A stretch of DNA of 64,000 nucleotides, taken from contig JBEPZY010000001.1 in the NCBI GenBank assembly GCA_041640595.1, positions 512,001 to 576,000 of the forward strand. The letters are read 5' to 3'. Position 1 is the stretch's first letter, and every line of letters starts with the position of its first letter. Positions 1 to 9,289 of this stretch are shown here, in pieces. A program made the position numbers and the translations under genes. The notes beneath the pieces are model-generated. The model did not search any database, had not been told where the DNA came from, and was given only the letters and a program-made list of their open reading frames with translations. Source of the DNA: Gemmatales bacterium. GTDB taxonomy: Bacteria; Planctomycetota; Planctomycetia; Gemmatales; HRBIN36.

Positions 1-75
1 TCGTTTGCGTGCTGCTCAACGCCTCGGTAACGGTCTGGATCGTAACTGCTCCGACCATTCGGCAGGAGACTCAGA

Positions 76-1662
76 ATGACACGCGAAACCAAGGTTGGTT
101 TGAGCATAGCGGCGACGGTCTTTGCAGTCGTCGGCGGCGCACTTGCGTACAAGCTTTATTTTCTCACCCCTGGTACCGGCGGCTTAGCTCAGTCCAGCTC
201 TGCATCCGTTGCTGAGCCGCAAGTTGTTCCGGCACGTTCGGAATCTTCCAGTGCAGCAACGCATTCTTCCCCGTCGCAACAGGCCTCATCTTTCCAACCT
301 GAAATCCGCTCCGCCACGGAAAGTCCACCAACTGTTCACGCTGCCGGCGAGGCAAAGCCTCCAACGCCACCGGATAACTTGCCACCAGCTCCGCCGGTCT
401 TAATCACAGAAAAGCCTCCGGTTTCCCTGGCCGATGCGGAAAAAACTTCTGCGAGTGCAACCGTTCCGGCAAAACCGAGGGATTCTGGCTCACCGCAGAT
501 GAGCACACCCCCTTCGACCGAGCCGCCCAGCAGTCCGTTCAGCAGTGCACCAGCCAGGCCACCAGAACCGTCGCCGCCAGCCGAGCCTCCAGTTCCGGTT
601 CCTCCGCCGCCGTCCCCTGTAACCCAAGCCGATGCAGTACCACCGACGCAGAAACCAAACGCTACCGAGGAGAAAACTGGCCCCCAGGAAAAGAGTTTGC
701 TGCCCGCTCCTCCAGTAGTCGTGACTCCAAACGACGTTTCTTTTGGAAAACCGTCCGCTCCATCAGCCGCCGTACCTCTTCCGGGGAGCCCAGTTGTTCC
801 GTCGGTGGAAAAAGCGCCTCTGGACAAGCCAATGCAACCGGTGGTTTCGCCTTCGACGGAACCCCGAGCGGTTAATGACATGGCCAAGCCCGCGCCATCC
901 GCCACGAATCCGCCCAGCCTGAATGTGCCGTCTCCGCCACCCTCGGATGCTTTCGATCGCAGCTACCCAGCACCGCCAGCCTCTTTGGTGGCGTCGCGCG
1001 ACAACCAACCGAAACCGGAAGACGCCATTCCAGTCACCATTCGCCCGCAGACGCAACCGCTAACGCCGCCACCGCCTGATGGCTATCCGGTCAAGATAGT
1101 TCCATCTCCGTCAGGCAAGCCTGTCGAAGTGCTGGATTACGAAGTGCAGCGATACACTGCCGGGCCGGGCGAAACCTGGGACGGGATTAGCCGCAACAAA
1201 TACGGTTCCGAACGCTTCGCGCGAGCCCTGGCGGCATTCAACCGCGATCGGAATCCTGGATTGACAGTACCGTCGCCCGGTGCAACCATTCTTTTGCCGC
1301 CAGCCTACATTTTGCAGCGCCGATATCCGCAACTCATAGAAGCGGCATCGCCAACACCCAGCTACGCAGCCAACGCCACATCCGGGACAAACACGGCTCC
1401 CGGAAGTGCAAATCCTGGTACCGCTGTGTATCCACCCTCGGCACCTGCTCCCGCACCTTCCGGAGCCTACAAACTATACCGCGTGCAACCTAACGATACC
1501 ATCTGGTTGATTGCCAAACGGACGCTGGGAAGTGGCGATCGCTGGCCGGAAATCCTTCGCCTCAACCGCGACGTGCTGCGCGACGTCAATCAGTTGCCGC
1601 CCGGATTGGTTCTGCGCTTACCTCCGGACGCACGTGTGGACGAGAACACGGTCCCGCGATAA
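76..1662 (+). CDS. Membrane-anchored, Pro-rich protein with two C-terminal LysM-like domains
   Basis: N-terminal hydrophobic helix (VGLSIAATVFAVVGGALAY), ~320-aa Pro/Ser/Ala-rich linker, then LysM-like repeats RYTAGPGETWDGISRNKYG...PGATILLP and YRVQPNDTIWLIAKRTLGSGDRWPEILRLNR...PGLVLRLP; SD-like GGAG upstream. Confidence 0.8.
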   Translation: MTRETKVGLSIAATVFAVVGGALAYKLYFLTPGTGGLAQSSSASVAEPQVVPARSESSSAATHSSPSQQASSFQPEIRSATESPPTVHAAGEAKPPTPPDNLPPAPPVLITEKPPVSLADAEKTSASATVPAKPRDSGSPQMSTPPSTEPPSSPFSSAPARPPEPSPPAEPPVPVPPPPSPVTQADAVPPTQKPNATEEKTGPQEKSLLPAPPVVVTPNDVSFGKPSAPSAAVPLPGSPVVPSVEKAPLDKPMQPVVSPSTEPRAVNDMAKPAPSATNPPSLNVPSPPPSDAFDRSYPAPPASLVASRDNQPKPEDAIPVTIRPQTQPLTPPPPDGYPVKIVPSPSGKPVEVLDYEVQRYTAGPGETWDGISRNKYGSERFARALAAFNRDRNPGLTVPSPGATILLPPAYILQRRYPQLIEAASPTPSYAANATSGTNTAPGSANPGTAVYPPSAPAPAPSGAYKLYRVQPNDTIWLIAKRTLGSGDRWPEILRLNRDVLRDVNQLPPGLVLRLPPDARVDENTVPR

Positions 1663-1796
1663 CATATAGCAACTCGCCGGGTGGGTGAATTCGGCCCGGC
1701 GTTATCTTTTCGGACTCGTGTGCGTCTATCCAGGTGAGCCAGACGCTCGCCTCGAGACCGGAAACAATCCTCGAAAATTGCGGTACAGGTGCAATC

Positions 1797-1991
1797 ATGG
1801 CCGTTCCGAAGCGACGAACTTCCCGCAGCAAACAGGGTAAGCGGCGCAGCCATCATCACGCCACGCCTATCCAGGTCAACTACTGTCCGCACTGCGGTGA
1901 GCCGGTACTGTCCCATCGGGTATGCCCCAACTGCGGTAAATACCGCGACCGAACCATTATCTCAGGGAAAGAGGAAGAAGAAAACAAGTGA
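1797..1991 (+). CDS. rpmF: 50S ribosomal protein L32 (Zn-ribbon form)
   Basis: MAVPKRRTSRSKQGKRRSH...CPHCG...HRVCPNCGKY; start reassigned to ATG 1797; classic position upstream of plsX. Confidence 0.97.
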   Translation: MAVPKRRTSRSKQGKRRSHHHATPIQVNYCPHCGEPVLSHRVCPNCGKYRDRTIISGKEEEENK

Positions 1992-2110
1992 TCTTCTCGG
2001 CGGCGATGGGGCTTACCGGGACCAGCACCGTGCGGAGAACACCAATTCGAGCCTTCAGTGCACTTTGTCCTGCCAGGAGGTAGGTTGGGGTTGTCATAAG
2101 GGAATCTGCC

Positions 2111-3145
2111 ATGCGTATTGCTGTGGATGCGATGGGTGGAGATTATGCTCCAGGGCCTATTGTCGCTGGGGCAATCGAGGCATTGCGTGCTGACAATTCC
2201 CTGCGCATTATTCTGGTTGGCGAAGAAAATGCAGTTCGCAATGCCCTCCAGCAAGCCGGCTCTCTGAGCCCGCGCGAACAGGAACGGCTGGACATCTTTC
2301 ACTGTTCGCAGGTAATCACCATGGAAGACAGCCCTGTGGCCGGTTTGCGACAAAAACCGGATAGCTCGATCGTCCGCTTATGGCAATTGCTGGCCGAACG
2401 CAAAGTCGAGGCGATCGTTTCAGCAGGAAACACCGGAGCCATGGTCGCTGCTGGTTTGCGGTTGCGGCGATTTCTCCCTCACGTCAGCCGGCCAGGCATT
2501 GCCGCTACCATGCCTACAATGAAAGGCCCGTGTGTGTTGCTGGATGTCGGTGCCAATGTCAGCCCGCGCCCTATGCACCTTTACCAATACGGTGTCATGG
2601 GAGCGATTTATGCCAAGCACGTGCTGAAAAAAGAACGGCCTACCATTGGCTTGATGAACGTGGGCACGGAAGAAGCGAAAGGTCACGAACTGGCCAAAGA
2701 AACCCACGCTCTATTCGATAGCAGCCCGCTGCGCGATCAGTTCATCGGTAACATTGAAGGCCGCGATATTCATCGGGGTGTGGCGGATGTAATCGTCAGT
2801 GATGGTTTTGTCGGCAATGTGGTGTTGAAGTGTTGCGAAGGCGTGTTTGAGTTTATCATGCGGGTAACAGCGGCGGAACTGGCGAAACAGTTGCAGGCAG
2901 AACGCCATCTGGGCCAGCAGGTGATTCAGCAGCTAATCGAGACCTACGACTACAGCTCGCAGGGAGGCGCACCACTGCTGGGTATAGACGGTATTTGCAT
3001 TATTTGCCACGGAGCCAGCGGTGCGAAAGCCATTCGCAATGCCGTGGGTATGGCGGCCCGGTTGGCGGCCGCCGGGCTGAATCAGATTATTGTCCAGGAA
3101 CTGGGAACCAGTCCGTTGATTAGCGCGCCGGCGGAAGCCGGTTAA
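2111..3145 (+). CDS. plsX: Phosphate acyltransferase PlsX
   Basis: MRIAVDAMGGDYAP, SAGNTGA, LDVGAN, NVGTEEAKG, DGFVGNVVLK, GGAPLLG, ICHGAS motifs. Confidence 0.97.
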   Translation: MRIAVDAMGGDYAPGPIVAGAIEALRADNSLRIILVGEENAVRNALQQAGSLSPREQERLDIFHCSQVITMEDSPVAGLRQKPDSSIVRLWQLLAERKVEAIVSAGNTGAMVAAGLRLRRFLPHVSRPGIAATMPTMKGPCVLLDVGANVSPRPMHLYQYGVMGAIYAKHVLKKERPTIGLMNVGTEEAKGHELAKETHALFDSSPLRDQFIGNIEGRDIHRGVADVIVSDGFVGNVVLKCCEGVFEFIMRVTAAELAKQLQAERHLGQQVIQQLIETYDYSSQGGAPLLGIDGICIICHGASGAKAIRNAVGMAARLAAAGLNQIIVQELGTSPLISAPAEAG

Positions 3146-3283
3146 CCGCCACGCCATGCGCGATTACGTGTCGTCCGCTGTCGAACGACCATCTCGACCC
3201 CGGCCGATCTGAAAAGCAGCTTCAGCAGAAGCAATCGGACCGTCGGCTCGCCAGCGAAAGAGATGGCAGATTGAGGAGAAATT

Positions 3284-4192
3284 ATGTCGCGAATCGCGTT
3301 TCTCTTTCCCGGTCAGGGCGCCCAGTATGTGGGCATGGGGCAGTCTTTGTTACAGCAGGCACCCGGCACGGCTCAACTGTTTGCGCGGGCTTCGGAAATC
3401 CTCGGCTATGATCTGCTTGAGCTTTGCCTGCATGGCCCAGCAGAACAGCTCAATCGGACGGAAGTCAGTCAACCAGCCATTTATGTGGCGAGTCTGGCTG
3501 CCCTGGAGCATTTCCGCCAGACCCATGCCGAAACGGTAGCGGCTTGCGAAGCTGCTGCGGGTTTAAGTCTGGGAGAATACACGGCTTTGACATTTGCCGG
3601 TGTTGTGGATTTCGAAGACGGTGTGCGGCTGGTGCAACGGCGTGGGCAAGCCATGCAGGCGGCTTCCGACACCACGCCGAGCGGAATGGTAAGCGTGCTC
3701 GGCCTGGCAACCGAGGATGTAGAAAGATTGTGTCAACAGGTGCGTACAGCTGGCCGGATTTGGATCGCTAATTTGCTGGCTCCTGGCAACATTGTGCTCT
3801 CTGGCGAGCGCGCCGCTTGCGATCGACTCGAACAAATCGTCCAGGAACAAGGTCTGGGTAAGACGGTGCGGTTAGCAGTGGCTGGAGCTTTCCACACGGA
3901 AATCATGCAATCGGCGGTGGAAGCGTTGGCGGAAGTGTTAAACGAAATTCCGCTGCGACCGGCCAGAATTCCCGTTTATTCCAACGTGGATGCCCAGCCT
4001 CACACCGACCCTCAGGAAATTCGCCAGCTGCTTTTGCGGCAGCTAGTGCAACCGGTACGCTGGGAGGATACCATGCGACAACTCCTGGCGGAAGGGTTCG
4101 ACCAGTTTTTTGAGATTGGGCCGGGCCGGGTACTAACGGGGTTGCTCAAGCGTATTCACCGCCAGGCCACGTGCACCAATGTCCCGGTTTGA
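3284..4192 (+). CDS. fabD: Malonyl-CoA:ACP transacylase
   Basis: FLFPGQGAQ, SQPAI, GLSLGEY nucleophile motif, AGAFHT, QPVRW, EIGPGRVL; SD GAGGAG. Confidence 0.96.
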   Translation: MSRIAFLFPGQGAQYVGMGQSLLQQAPGTAQLFARASEILGYDLLELCLHGPAEQLNRTEVSQPAIYVASLAALEHFRQTHAETVAACEAAAGLSLGEYTALTFAGVVDFEDGVRLVQRRGQAMQAASDTTPSGMVSVLGLATEDVERLCQQVRTAGRIWIANLLAPGNIVLSGERAACDRLEQIVQEQGLGKTVRLAVAGAFHTEIMQSAVEALAEVLNEIPLRPARIPVYSNVDAQPHTDPQEIRQLLLRQLVQPVRWEDTMRQLLAEGFDQFFEIGPGRVLTGLLKRIHRQATCTNVPV

Positions 4193-4564
4193 GCCATGTT
4201 TGGGCGACGTGACGGCGCGGCCCGTGTAAACTGTTGATGGGGCTCTGTAACGTGTCGCAAACTCTGCCTCAATGCGAAGGCCACAAGGCGAAGAACGGCA
4301 CCATGCGGAAACCGACCACAACCTGCCGTGCCGCGAATTGAATTGCTCCACGGTCGGAACCGATCAATCGGACGAATACATACGGGAAACCCAAGAAGCC
4401 ACCAGAAGCAAGTGCTCGTGTCCGAACTGATTATTCCGACGGATTCATCCGTGGCGGGTGGCTGGCATCGGACCCTCGGAGACCGCATGGAGCAGGAACG
4501 AACTGGTTCAAACGGCGGATGACACCAAGTCGTCGAAACTGGACGTGGCTCTCAGGGTAACGCT

Positions 4565-4738
4565 ATGAACTGGCAAGAAGCAATCGTTTGGACAGTCGTA
4601 GGACTGGCGTGCGTTTTTTTGCTGTGGCGAGCATACCGTGGCTGGCGAGGGCTCGGTAGCGGTTGTGGGAGTTGTTCACTTAGCCGCGAGTTAGCACGTC
4701 AGGGCAAGGTTGGTAGCGACGCACGCCGATTGCGGTAG
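4565..4738 (+). CDS. Small Cys-rich membrane protein (FeoB-associated-like, 57 aa)
   Basis: Hand translation, below the ORF-track cutoff: MNWQEAIVWTVVGLACVFLLWRAYRGWRGLGSGCGSCSLSRELARQGKVGSDARRLR; one TM helix, basic patch, GCGSC motif. Confidence 0.7.
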   Translation: MNWQEAIVWTVVGLACVFLLWRAYRGWRGLGSGCGSCSLSRELARQGKVGSDARRLR

Positions 4739-5075
4739 CGGTACGGTTGTGCGTGTACTTCCTCAGCCGAACGAGGCGGAAACAGACGGGAACGCTTTTG
4801 AGCGTTGGTGATGCGGTATAGTCGTGCACATGTTTTTTAGGTAAAGCGACGGCTTGTGTGGCCCAGGCCGAAGTCGGCCTTAATTTCGGTAACCAGTCAA
4901 CGGCGACAGCAGTGTTAGCAGCAATTCAAGCCGCGGCAAAAAGTATCGTGAGACGGTAATTTCGGGCGTTTGCAGGGACAACAATCAGGTTTATTTACAT
5001 AAGTTCTCACCGTATCAAAACTTAGGATGGAACTCATCCGAGGCAGGCGGTTGCAAAATTTTTGTGATTTTCCTC

Positions 5076-5104
5076 TTGACACGATGCTACGGAAAATTCA
5101 TAAT
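5076..5104 (+). promoter_or_regulatory. sigma70-type promoter
   Basis: TTGACA (5076-5081), 17-nt spacer, CATAAT (5099-5104), with A/T-rich sequence upstream. Confidence 0.75.
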
Positions 5105-5109
5105 CAACA

Positions 5110-5185
5110 GTGGTTTGTCCCGGCCTCTTCTCTGTTCCGGCCCCGCTGTCAGTCCTGCCACCAGGCTACAGCGGGGTTTTTATTT
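5110..5185 (+). ncRNA. Candidate small RNA or attenuator leader
   Basis: Lies between the near-consensus promoter and a strong intrinsic terminator; no start codon with an SD inside; C/U-rich tract CCUCUUCUCU. Confidence 0.5.
5141..5185 (+). terminator. Rho-independent terminator
   Basis: Stem CCCCGCTGT (5141-5149) / ACAGCGGGG (5168-5176), inner CCTG-CCAC-CAGG hairpin, followed by TTTTTATTT. Confidence 0.8.
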
Positions 5186-5270
5186 CGGCTTGACGGCTAA
5201 GTTGCCAGTTTTCGCGAGTCGGTCTGGTTCTTATGATCGGAAGTACGCGACAACGTGAGGCGAACGGGCT

Positions 5271-6269
5271 ATGAGTGAGGAATTGCTTTTCGTCGGCGTG
5301 GATGTTGGTGGGCAGACTATCAAGGCTGGTGTGGTCACGGATACGGGCAGGCCGCTCAGCTCCATCAGTGTTCCCACGGAAGCCTGGAAGGGCCAGGAAC
5401 ATGGATTGGGGCAAATGGCTAAGGCAGTGCGGGAGGCCACAAGAGCAGCCCATTTGCAGCTGGAACAAATTGCTGCCATTGGCATTGCCACTCCCGGCAC
5501 GATGGACATTCCTGCCGGAATGATTCTTGATCCGCCGAACCTCAAACCGTGGCGTAATGTGCCGGTGCGTGCTTATATCGAACAGGAGTTTGGCAAGCCG
5601 ACTGCGTTTCAAAATGACGCCAATGCCGCGGCCTATGGCGAGTACTGGCTGGGTGCAGGTCAGGGCGTGCACAGCTTGGTTCTTTTCACCCTCGGTACGG
5701 GCATTGGTTGCGGAATTGTGGTGGGCGGAATGATCATTGAAGGTGAGCATAGCCACGGAGCAGAAGTCGGGCACATCATCATCGAGATGACCCAGCCCCG
5801 ACGCTGCGGCTGTGGAGGATTGGGACACCTGGAGGCTTACGCCAGCGCCACTGCTCTGGCACAGCGAGCCAATGAAGCCCTCGCTACCGGTCAACCTTCC
5901 TCTTTGCAGGCCCGGATTCAAGACAAAGGTCAGCTGACCCCAGAAGACGCGGGAGAGATTTTCCAGGCAGCCAGTGCCGGCGATGCATTGGCGCAACGAC
6001 TGGTGGAAGAAACTGCCTACTACCTGGCTGTCGGCGCGGTCAACATGATGCACACGATAGACCCGGACATGGTAGTGTTCGGTGGCGGCATGACGCGGGC
6101 TGGCCCGGCTTTTCTCGAACGGATCCGTCACCATGTTCGCCAGCTGGCTTTTCCGGTGCCAGCACAGAAAACGCAGATTGTCTATGCTAAACTCGGCAAC
6201 GACGCCGGGTTTATCGGTGCGGCTGGCTGCGCCCGGATGCTTTATCACAAAATCGCCGCAAGCAAGTAA
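5271..6269 (+). CDS. ROK family sugar kinase (glucokinase-like)
   Basis: GVDVGGQTIK, GIATPG, QNDANAAAYGE, TLGTGIG, AEVGH, CGCGGLGHLEAYAS, GNDAGFIGAA; no N-terminal HTH, so kinase rather than repressor. Confidence 0.92.
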   Translation: MSEELLFVGVDVGGQTIKAGVVTDTGRPLSSISVPTEAWKGQEHGLGQMAKAVREATRAAHLQLEQIAAIGIATPGTMDIPAGMILDPPNLKPWRNVPVRAYIEQEFGKPTAFQNDANAAAYGEYWLGAGQGVHSLVLFTLGTGIGCGIVVGGMIIEGEHSHGAEVGHIIIEMTQPRRCGCGGLGHLEAYASATALAQRANEALATGQPSSLQARIQDKGQLTPEDAGEIFQAASAGDALAQRLVEETAYYLAVGAVNMMHTIDPDMVVFGGGMTRAGPAFLERIRHHVRQLAFPVPAQKTQIVYAKLGNDAGFIGAAGCARMLYHKIAASK

Positions 6270-6502
6270 ATGCCCTCGCCCTCGCCGATGACCAAAGTAA
6301 CTGACCGAAGGCCAGCCGAACAGGCATTTGCTTCTTTTTTTGCTTACCGGTCAGGAAAGCATTTTTCTCGTTAGCCGCCATTGGCAAGTGAGTCAGGGCG
6401 CAAAACAAGAAACGCGGCTATGTACCATGCCGGAGACAACATAGGGACTCGCCGCAAATCACCGCGGGATAGCCAAGAATAACAGAGCTGGGGACCAGCG
6501 GA

Positions 6503-7402
6503 ATGGAGATTACAGTTCTGGGAACCGCCAACGCCTGGGGAGCGAATCCGTTTGAGCTGAACTGGCGTATCTCGCCGCTGATTGGCACGCTCGATAGTGC
6601 CCGAAGGGTTCGCTTTCGCAGGTATTGCACGTCCCTGCTGGTGAGTAGTTCAGGTGTGCCCGGAGTGCTCGTGGATTGTGGCCCGGACTTTGCCCGGCAA
6701 ATGTGGGAGTTTCGCATTCAGCAACTCTCCGCCGTGGTGTTGACCCATAGCCATTGGGACCACATTGGCGGGCTTGATTATCTGCACCATTTTCGCAGTG
6801 CTCCGAACGTAGCGAATCGTAAACCACGCATTCCTGTTTACGCAACCGAAGAGTGTTGGGCCGACGTTCTGCATGGCCGGAGTTTTCAATATCTGGTGGA
6901 TAACGGGATTATTGAACCCCGCCCGCTGACGCCGTTGCAACCAATTTGTCTCGGCTCATTGATCATCACGCCGTTTCCGGTGGAGCACGGCCCGACCGCG
7001 CCGGGAGCGGTTGGATTCGTGTTTGAAGAAGAGGGGGCTGAGCAACCGGTGCGCGTGCTTTACAGTGGCGATTTTTGTCGCTTGCCGTCGCCCACACCGG
7101 ATTTCTTTCGCCGGTGTTTCGATCTGGTCATCCTCGAATGCAACCAGTGGCAGCCGCGCGACAATGGCCACACCTCTTTTCAGGAAATCTTGCAGATGCT
7201 GAAAACCGGCCCGCTGAGCTCGCCGTTGCCGACACAACTCACGTTGATTCATTTCGGCGACCACGGCCCAAAAGGCACCGCCAGCAGCTACCAGGATTGG
7301 CGCGAATCCGCATTAGGCGAACTCAAAGCGCACGGGCTGGAACGGGTTGTGCCTGACCCCGATGCTCTGATAGCTTACGAAGGGCTGCGTCTGCGGATCT
7401 GA
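6503..7402 (+). CDS. Metallo-beta-lactamase-fold hydrolase (PhnP/YycJ-like)
   Basis: ITVLGT, R..TSLLV, LVDCGPD, THSHWDHIGGLD (HxHxDH), VEHG, YSGD, GH, LIHF. Confidence 0.85.
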   Translation: MEITVLGTANAWGANPFELNWRISPLIGTLDSARRVRFRRYCTSLLVSSSGVPGVLVDCGPDFARQMWEFRIQQLSAVVLTHSHWDHIGGLDYLHHFRSAPNVANRKPRIPVYATEECWADVLHGRSFQYLVDNGIIEPRPLTPLQPICLGSLIITPFPVEHGPTAPGAVGFVFEEEGAEQPVRVLYSGDFCRLPSPTPDFFRRCFDLVILECNQWQPRDNGHTSFQEILQMLKTGPLSSPLPTQLTLIHFGDHGPKGTASSYQDWRESALGELKAHGLERVVPDPDALIAYEGLRLRI

Positions 7403-7677
7403 TTGCGAGGGTAACAAACACAGGCCGCCATCGGTACCGCGGCATCAGCAAGCACCTCGCGCCTAAGCAAAACCTTTGCCCTGACTGTAACATTCGACCA
7501 ATAAGCTAGCCGCACTGTCGGCAAAGGCGTTACCATATTGACAGCCACTGTGCAGCCCGGAATGCTAGCTGCTGGGAAAACCGTTGCCGGGATTGCGGTC
7601 GCAGCGTCTGAGTGGGTTTGCAGTTTTGCGCCGGGACGCTAGCCGCTGTCAATACCGTCGCCGGGATTTGCAACCAG

Positions 7678-9186
7678 TCATGCCAAGCCAAGCAGCCGAC
7701 GCATGTTCCGTTTGTATGCTTCCACTCCGGGTTGCCCGTAGGGATTGATACCCAGTAACCGACCTTCCAACACGGTGGCTAGCATCAGCATTTGCATGAG
7801 CTGGCCCAGCCAGTACTCGTCCAGGCGGGGTAGAACGAGATCAGTCGTGGGGCGAGCGTCATCGGCATAAGCGCGGTTAGTTCCCTGCCAGGCAGCACGG
7901 ATAAGGTCTGGGAAGCTTTTCTCGGCCAGTGGTTCCAGGCCATCGGCATTGTCGTGCAGATGACCCAAACGGAGCGGAAGCTGTTGCGGTTGCTCGACGA
8001 AGATGTTGTGAATGATGCGGTCGCGACTGCCTTCCTGGTGTTGCTGACCGCGAGAGTGTAAGTCGCGGGTCTGCACTGCCGTAATGGGGGTCGGCCCGGT
8101 CTCGTTCTTGCCCAGGCTTTCTGACACCAGCTGGTCGTACCACAGTCCGAGGGCTTCCAGTTTTTTTGCCCAAACGGACAGAATGCGAATGGGCTTCTGG
8201 AGATGGGCAAAATAGAGGTAGTTGATAGCGGCATATTGCAGAGGGATATTGCTGCTGAACGGTTGCTCTAAGAATTGCCGAGTCATGTCGGCAGCACCCT
8301 GCAGCAAGCGGTGAATGTCCAATCCGAGAATAGACGCAGGGACTAACCCGGCTGCAGTAAATACGGAGAACCGGCCACCGATGTCCTGCGGCATGGGAAA
8401 GACACTGCGTTCCGGCACGCCTAAACGCCGACCCAGTTCGTACAGGCGACTGCTAGCGTCGCAAGTGGTCACCAGCACAACCAGCGAAGATGGCCAGTCG
8501 TGTCCATGCCATTGACGCAGAATCGGCCACAACACCCGGAAGGCAGCAGCAGTTTCCAGCGTCGTTCCCGATTTGCTTACCACGACCAGGGCGGTGCGTT
8601 CTTCCCGACTGTGTGCGACACCGTCGCCAGGCCGCAGCAGATGGATCAACTCGGTCAGCGTGTCGTTGTCCAGGCCGTTTCCTTCAAAGTAATACCGAGG
8701 TCTGCCATTTCGAGAGGCCGGGGACAATTCGTTGTGATAGCTGGGCAGCAGCGCTTCCGCGAGCGTTCGGGCACCCAGATACGAACCTCCGATGCCCAGG
8801 ATCACCACACGATCCGCCAATTCACGCAGCCGTTGCCCCTCCGCAGATATGCGCGCCAGCAGGCTGGCCGATTCCCGGTTGGCTTGTTCGAGCAAAGTCG
8901 CTGGCAAGGTGATGAATCCGTGTTCAACCGGCTGAGGTGCACGGGCACGCTCTTGCGGCGACTCCAGCTCACGCTGTAGCTGCTCACGCAGTTGCAACAA
9001 ACGCGGCTCCAGTTCTTCGAGCTGACGCCGGGAGAGCAGGTGTGCGCTTTTCCTTGCCAAAGTGGGCGAGGCAGCAATAGTTTCTATTGCGTCATGAACC
9101 GCATTGTGGAAATCAAACCGCAAAGTTGCCTCGACTTGCTGGTCGGATTGTCTGCCTCCCGCTGTCTGTGAAGATTCACTTGCCAT
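7678..9186 (-). CDS. pgi: Glucose-6-phosphate isomerase
   Basis: LGIGGSYLG, SKSGTTLET, GGRFSV, ESLGK, DLHSRGQ, NPYGQPGVEAYK; start uncertain (9186 or 9201). Confidence 0.92.
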   Translation of the reverse strand: MASESSQTAGGRQSDQQVEATLRFDFHNAVHDAIETIAASPTLARKSAHLLSRRQLEELEPRLLQLREQLQRELESPQERARAPQPVEHGFITLPATLLEQANRESASLLARISAEGQRLRELADRVVILGIGGSYLGARTLAEALLPSYHNELSPASRNGRPRYYFEGNGLDNDTLTELIHLLRPGDGVAHSREERTALVVVSKSGTTLETAAAFRVLWPILRQWHGHDWPSSLVVLVTTCDASSRLYELGRRLGVPERSVFPMPQDIGGRFSVFTAAGLVPASILGLDIHRLLQGAADMTRQFLEQPFSSNIPLQYAAINYLYFAHLQKPIRILSVWAKKLEALGLWYDQLVSESLGKNETGPTPITAVQTRDLHSRGQQHQEGSRDRIIHNIFVEQPQQLPLRLGHLHDNADGLEPLAEKSFPDLIRAAWQGTNRAYADDARPTTDLVLPRLDEYWLGQLMQMLMLATVLEGRLLGINPYGQPGVEAYKRNMRRLLGLA

Positions 9187-9289
9187 GGTATTTCCCTTCA
9201 AGTTGCTGCCGCAGTTGTGCGGTTAGTCAAATCATTCCACGGCTCATAAAGTTATGTCAGTGTAGCTGAGAGCGTCAACGGAGACAGAG

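Noticed and set aside
4193..4560. Short ORFs downstream of fabD as a possible acpP or fabG remnant
   Set aside because: None of the listed ORF translations shows the ACP DSL motif or an SDR TGxxxGIG motif
5166..6248. 360-aa minus-strand ORF
   Set aside because: Antisense shadow of the well-supported ROK kinase; no recognisable motifs
7564..7668. Possible mini-CRISPR (31-bp repeat, 43-bp spacer)
   Set aside because: Only two copies with 5 mismatches and no cas genes; kept only as a degenerate repeat
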